From: Epithemia pelagica
Lineage: Eukaryota; Protista; Bacillariophyta
Assembly (NCBI GenBank): GCA_946965045.2
Contig: OX337232.1
Coordinates: 2,294,001 to 2,358,000, forward strand
Direction of reading: 5' to 3'
DNA: 64,000 nucleotides
Shown: positions 58,382 to 64,000 of the stretch, piece by piece
Layout: every line of letters begins with the position of its first letter
Position numbering within the stretch: the first letter of the stretch is position 1
The notes under the pieces: model-generated
Database searches by the model: none
Seen by the model: the letters and a program-made list of their open reading frames with translations, nothing else
What the model was told of the DNA's origin: nothing
Program-made: the position numbers and the translations under genes

Positions 58382-59113
58382 CCGAGGGAAAAATGTATCG
58401 ATACATTCTTTTTCTGTATCGATACATTCTTTATGTATCGATACATGTATCGATACATTGATTCTGTATCGATACATCATGTATCGATACACTACCGATA
58501 CAGAGTCAGTGTATCGATACATGTCTCGATACACTACCGATACAGAGTCAGTGTATCGATACATGTATCGATACAGAGTCAGTGTGAACAATCAAACAAA
58601 GTGACAATGGCGCCCCGAAAAGCAGGTTGGATTGATTGGAGGAAAAGCAAGGCTCGAGCCATCATTCTTCGAGACCTCGAGCCAGGTCGGATGCCACCCC
58701 TTTCACCTCTGCAGGAATCGTCTTCGGCATGTTGTTGTCTGATGGTGTGTTTCCACGGAGGGTGTTTCAACGATTTCAGATTGATTGTTGTGTGCTTTCG
58801 GACGAGGGCCGCCGCCACATCAAAGTCATCGCCAGCCTCAAGCCACCATCGCCACTCCATGAAGGCATCGCTTGCCCGGAGAGTTCATCGCCGTTCGTCC
58901 TGTAGCATGTGCCATGGCGAAGCGACCGGGATGTGCTTTCAGATACATAGGATAAAATGTAACGATACACTGATTCTGTATCGATACATGTATCGATACA
59001 CTACCGATACACAGTCAGTGTATCGATACATGTATTGATACACTACCGATACACAGTCAGTGTATCGATACATGTATCGATACATTCTTTTCCTGTATCC
59101 ATACATTCTTCGG
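58382..59113. mobile_element. Probable non-autonomous DNA-transposon derivative: two arrays of the palindrome TGTATCGATACA around a ~370-bp core
   Basis: Arrays at ~58394-58574 and ~58958-59105. Weak end similarity (CCGAGGGAAAAATGTATCGATAC versus rc CCGAAGAATGTATGGATAC). The core starts with a truncated ORF MAPRKAGWIDWRKSKARAIILRDLE. Confidence 0.6.
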
Positions 59114-59714
59114 ACACAAAAAAGAACTGCGACACAATAATAATGTCGTAGATACAACTATTTAGTCGATAGTAGTATTCATTTAATGAAGCCATTTTGC
59201 TAGGATGCCTATCATAAGGACGATGCCTCTAGTATATAGGTAGTCGTCAACCTCACCGCTTGAACATATCGTCGAAAGGCATTGTTGCCTATTAGCGTCA
59301 ACAACAAAATTGTTCCTTGGCTGCAAATTTCATAGGTGTCCCAGTGGTGGAATATGTACTCTTAGTTGCATGGTCTCCAAAATCTTTTTGTTTTGTTGTC
59401 ATGGCAATATTCTCTCCTTTCAAGAATAACTCCCGATTAACGCCAATCGTAAAGAACAGGTTTTAAGCTTATGCGAGCAGCATATAGGTGTCTCCCATAA
59501 ATTTTATCGGAGTCAACGTGCTGCTCGAAATGCTGTCTCCCTTATTAAAACAGTAAAGCAAGCTGTGTTAAGCAATGACACCTGTGTCATTTTTTCCCTC
59601 ATTCATCGCGTCCAAGGTCACTCATTCATGAATGATACCAAAGCAATCTATTGTTACTTCTATTCCTTACTCGTCTACTGGCATTCCGTCAACACCGCCT
59701 CCCAACCGAAGATC

Positions 59715-60370
59715 ATGAATGGTAAGTGCGCGGATTATTTCATACAGGAATCCAACCCATCAAGTGTTTCTTGTTTCCATTCACCCCTCTAATCTTTTCT
59801 GTGCAAAAATGCAGGTCTCATTGAGTCGATCGAAGTTGCAGAGATGCATCTTGAACCTGAAGACAACAATCAATCAAACACTGTTGTGATGGTCCCTTTC
59901 ACTCTCCAGAAACCCCGAGTGCTAGTTACAGGAGAAAAGGGCAGTGTCATTGACGAGACCGCTGAAGCTACTGAGACTAGATATCTGCCCGAACAATACG
60001 CTTGTCCTGAAAGCATCAGTACAATTCTCCACGAACTCAACCACAATACGCCTCCCTCCCAAACTCACGGATACATGCATTGGGAGAGTGTTTGCGGAGT
60101 CTGTCAACAAAATCCCTGCGTTATTGTCGACAATCTTCCTTACCTTCATGAAATCGCATGCATATGAAGAAAAAAGGTGAATCGAATCGCAGTATTCGAT
60201 ATCAATTGTATCCCCCCTTGTCGAACAAGCTTCACGGCCCCCTTGGACGCGGCCACCGTGTACAACTTCCTGATTGTTTGGTTGATTTTGTTCGCGAAAA
60301 CTTCCCCAACGAGAACCCAGATGAACAGTACGTTGGCTTTCGCGAAGGTCCTATCAATCACGACGAGTAA
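59715..60370 (+). CDS. Small Cys-containing accessory gene resembling KolX/P2X7-ballast-like proteins; intron 59722-59814; apparent 1-nt frameshift near 60155
   Basis: ATGAATG|gtaagt...gcag|GT splices into ORF 59844. CGVCQQNPC is followed in a shifted frame by NRSIRYQLY..LHGPLGRGHRVQLPDCLVDFVRENFP...YVGF. Confidence 0.6.
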
Positions 60371-60435
60371 TCAAGCACTAAGAGACTAGCGTCAAAGTGG
60401 GTAATATTCTCTTATTTAGATTATTCAATTCTCTT

Positions 60436-63400
60436 CTACACTTCATGCATTTCTCTACTTTCGTCAGTACTTTCATTGTCACCATCATTGTTGTCATCGT
60501 CTTCTTCTGTATCATTCCGTCCGTGGTTCCTGCGCTTTCTTTTCCTTGTCCACTCTGGAGGCAAACCGTGTTTCTCGCGTAGATCCATTATGATTGGATG
60601 ATTCTTCTTTGTTGTGTATTTGTATCGAGCTCCCGGAGATGACGCTGGTCGACACATGAACATTTCTCTTCCATTGGTCGAATGGAGAATCTCGAAGCAT
60701 GTGAGATCAGTGAATTGAGGTAGTTGATGGATCTTCCATCCATCTTCTCTTTCGTCCTTGCATGATACCAAATGGGCAACAATCCCACACTTGGCACATT
60801 GACCCACGTTGGTAAAAATGCCTTTCATACCGAGCTCTTTGCGTTTCCAACGATATTCCAACAAACATATGGCGCATGCAACTCGTCTGTTACCTTCCAA
60901 TGGGATGGGGTAGTGTCCATCTTCACACGTTCGTTCCCTTGTTGCAGTAGTCCTCCTTGCCAAAGCGTCTACTTCCTCTGTGTGGACATAGCTGCACATT
61001 GCTTGTGCGACACAGGTGTAGAATGCATGCCGCGTGAGCTTCGTGCGTCGAGCTCGGACACGGTCTCCAGCGGACATGTTCCATCCGATGTAGGCATTTA
61101 GAAGCATAACATCCATTATGCCTAAACCAGTCTTCTTGTACCACTTTTTGAAATGCCCATGGGTGGCAAAACCGCCAAAATGTTGTCGCATCTGGTCCCC
61201 TTCATCTATCCCCCCCATTGTCTCTTGATACCGAATGAGAGCTATAGGGCAATTGAATACCTCTTTGTTGGGTCCAACTTGTCGTTCTACCTGTCCTTTG
61301 CCATTATTTTCATAACTCGATGCAAAATTTACCACTTTCGAGTCCACCCATTGCCCAATGATGATTCCATTCACTTCGTCGTGTGCCAGGTGGATTGTTC
61401 CTCGGTTAGTTTTTGTCTTCTTTAGTTGCATCAGTCTCTTGTTCCACCCAACTCTGTTTGAACGTACTGTACCTGTCGCGAGGATTTTCAGACGATCACG
61501 AAGAATAACCAGTAATTGGGGCGCTGCATATCTATTGTCCATTGCCAAATGACGGAATCCGTTGGTTTCCTTATGCAACTCCAACGCATAACATGCGTTT
61601 ACCACAGCCTTCATCGTTGTAGGAAGTTTCTTGGCCTCCTCTCGTATATAAGAGTTGGTAGCATTTTTTCCTTGATATACGTCAAGATGGAGAATTGCGT
61701 AGGACCTGGAAGAAGCGAGAATGAAGAAGTCTACACGAAATTTTTGCGGCTTGTCCTTGTTGTACTGCCTAACAGGGCAGTACCGGGAGCGACAGCCAAT
61801 TCCACCTTCATCAAAAGCCAAATCTTGAGGAATCCAAAATGATCTCTTGGAAGCAGCGTTAACAGCTTGAATGAGTTTCCGAAGCTGGTAGCACTTGTCA
61901 CCGCCCCTTGCAGCACCTTTGTTCTCAAAGTGAAAGGCTCCTCTTATCTGACGGAATCTGGCCAACCTCATGTATCTCGAAGCCCATCCTTCACTATCAA
62001 GAATCTCTACAGAGGGAAGAGCAGTTCCCAGACTGTACATACGGTTTGAGGTCTGAAAATAAGAGGCATAGCCTCCACCATCCACTGGCCGGAGTGACAT
62101 CACTAGGACGATGCCGAGGAACCTCGTCATTTCTTGTGCCGTGACATCCTTCCATTTTTGGGAATGATAATAACCTCGGCGCCCCATCAAACGCGGACGG
62201 ATTTTCTGGTGAAAGTACTGATTAGTTGCGGCAGCCATATCGGAAATCAATGAATTCGACAATCCACCAATAACACGGATACAATCTAGTGGAGTATGGA
62301 ACTCATCCGCTACTCCAGCTTTCAGACCGTCTTCTCCACGAAACATTGACCTGTTATGACGTTCCTTACCAATCCACGACAACATATTGGTAGACGCATC
62401 AACCTCCTTGTAATGAAAGTGCAAGTTGTCGATCAGTACTTTGAGATTTGTTGAATTGTTGGGGTCTTCGTTGTCCGAAACCGAGTCTGTTGATTCTCCA
62501 TCATCTTCTTGTGTATTGTCTTGGGCAGAATCGTTGTCATCGCTTTGACAATAATCATCCAATGGATTCTGTGACCTTTGCACGGTATCGTTGAAGTCCA
62601 GCTCAAAACCACCGTCGGCATCTTCATCTGAAGAAGATCCGTTGTCGTCAATGTCATCATTTGCTCTAGCGTTATTTTGCTGTTGTTCTTGTCGACGAGT
62701 GGTGACAGTAGGGATGGCAGCCATTTCTATGGAGTTGTTGTTTGGTTGAAGTTGTTGAGCCGCGGTATCAGTTGTCCCTGTCGAGTCTCTTGTATTGGAA
62801 GTACCAAAAAGACGTGTGGCAACTTGGTTGATTGGAGTGTGATTGTTATCTTCATCTCCAGTTGCTGCCTCAAAGTTATTCATTGCTGGAGAGGGTTCAC
62901 CTCGTGGGGCAGTCATCAAAGTGGCTCGACCCTGTGCTCGCTCTTGAGTGGACGGTGGATTGGATCGTGTCCGACGATTGGAATGCCGCAAAGATGAATT
63001 GCTAGCATTCCTTAGGGCGTCTCTTCTTCGTGCTCATTCTGTTGTTGGAGGAGGTGGTGGTGGTGCTCTTGCTGTGTTGCCGCGTCGAGGCGATCGTCGT
63101 AGTGTAGGTGACTGTGTGTTGCCGCGTCGAGGCGATCGTCGTAGTGCAGGTGACTGTGTGACGTTGTTGCTGCCACCATGAGCCTCGGAAACTTGACTTT
63201 GTTGTTGTTGCTGTTGTGTTACAGATGGTTCACCATCTGGCCTGTATGCTTCAATGTACTGACGAAGCCTCTCTTTCACTGTTTTCGTTGATATGAATTG
63301 AGACTTGATCCAGTTCTGGGGGACTTGCATAGTACTAATCGTACCGTTGTCCCAGATAATGGAATAAGCATTGCCATTTTTCTTTGACGGGCACTCCATG

Positions 63401-63942
63401 ATTTTTCCGACTAGACAAACAGGATTGTCAGTTTCATTTGGACGAAAGCGCCGTAGAAAATCTTGGTAGAAGTTATCATGGATCCAAAATTCGTCTGGAG
63501 CAACAAGAAAGCGCTTGGCATATGAAAACCGCGATCGCTGGTGGTTGTTGCCAGGTGGACGTCAAGGACGATCGTGTGTCTGTATTGTTTCGGTAGCGAC
63601 GCCTCCCGGACGGGCAACGTTGGAACCCGATTCTGTTGCATGTTTGCGTGTTGCTGTTGTTGTAGTAGTTGTAGGTGCAACGTTGGTGGATGAATCCATT
63701 GCTTCCGAATTGCGGGGTGGAGGTGCGACAGTATTGTTGGCGATTGCTTCAAACGGTGGTGGTGGTTGGGGGGGAACACCAAAGGCTGCCTCTGTTGCTA
63801 AGGCATTGCCAACAGATTGCTCGGGAAGTTGGGCGGTATCTTCGGTGGCATGGTCAATATCTGGTTCGATGAGCGGTTGCGACAAATTCGGTTGTCCTGA
63901 CTCTTGGTCCTCGTTCTCCGCAGGTACAGCTGCAGACGACAT
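60436..63942 (-). pseudogene. piggyBac transposase (~1168 aa) with two in-frame TGA codons (63562-63564 and 63034-63036)
   Basis: LAFDEGG, YNKDKPQKF, LAMDNRYAAPQL, TGTVRSNR, MGGIDEGDQ, KWYKK and a C-terminal Cys-rich domain. Three upstream track ORFs are collinear in one frame. Confidence 0.9.
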
Positions 63943-64000
63943 TGCCTTTGGTGGACGTCTTCTTCACTATGTTGACCGTCAAAATGGAGAATCCTGCAAC

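Larger units (their letters stand above)
59441..64000 (-). mobile_element. piggyBac-family transposon; other end lies beyond the window
   Basis: TTAA at 59437-59440 followed by CGCCAATCGTAA, the same terminus as the MITE at 16653-17677. Contains a piggyBac transposase. Confidence 0.88.

Noticed and set aside
58394-59105. Possible CRISPR-like array
   Set aside because: Units are short palindromes without unique constant-length spacers, there are no cas genes, and the context is eukaryotic.

Overview
Eukaryotic genomic DNA, most likely from a diatom (short GT-AG introns, bipartite plastid-targeting presequences, CoDi-type Copia elements). About half of the window is transposable elements. They are: two adjacent hAT elements (4452-8133 and 8161-14892); a 1-kb non-autonomous piggyBac-type element (16653-17677); a Copia element in a bHLH intron with a nested mariner (41683-48934); a second Copia element (49674-57166); a palindrome-array element (~58380-59115); and a piggyBac element running off the right end (from 59441). 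Host genes include a SET-domain protein, PGAP1, a GKGKGY-repeat secreted protein, DBP4/DDX10, an ankyrin-like protein, a sulfatase, MED22, presenilin, a TyrP-like permease, GCN5, a DUF1825 protein, PRP18 and a bHLH factor. The strongest candidate for an undescribed system is the 6.7-kb hAT element, with perfect 16-bp TIRs and an 8-bp TSD. It carries an intact NTH1/endonuclease III-like HhH-GPD DNA glycosylase gene convergent with its transposase. Other notable items are a KolX/P2X7-ballast-like accessory gene in the piggyBac and a Copia primer-binding site matching a half-tRNA-Asn. All family assignments are by motif recognition only; no searches were run.
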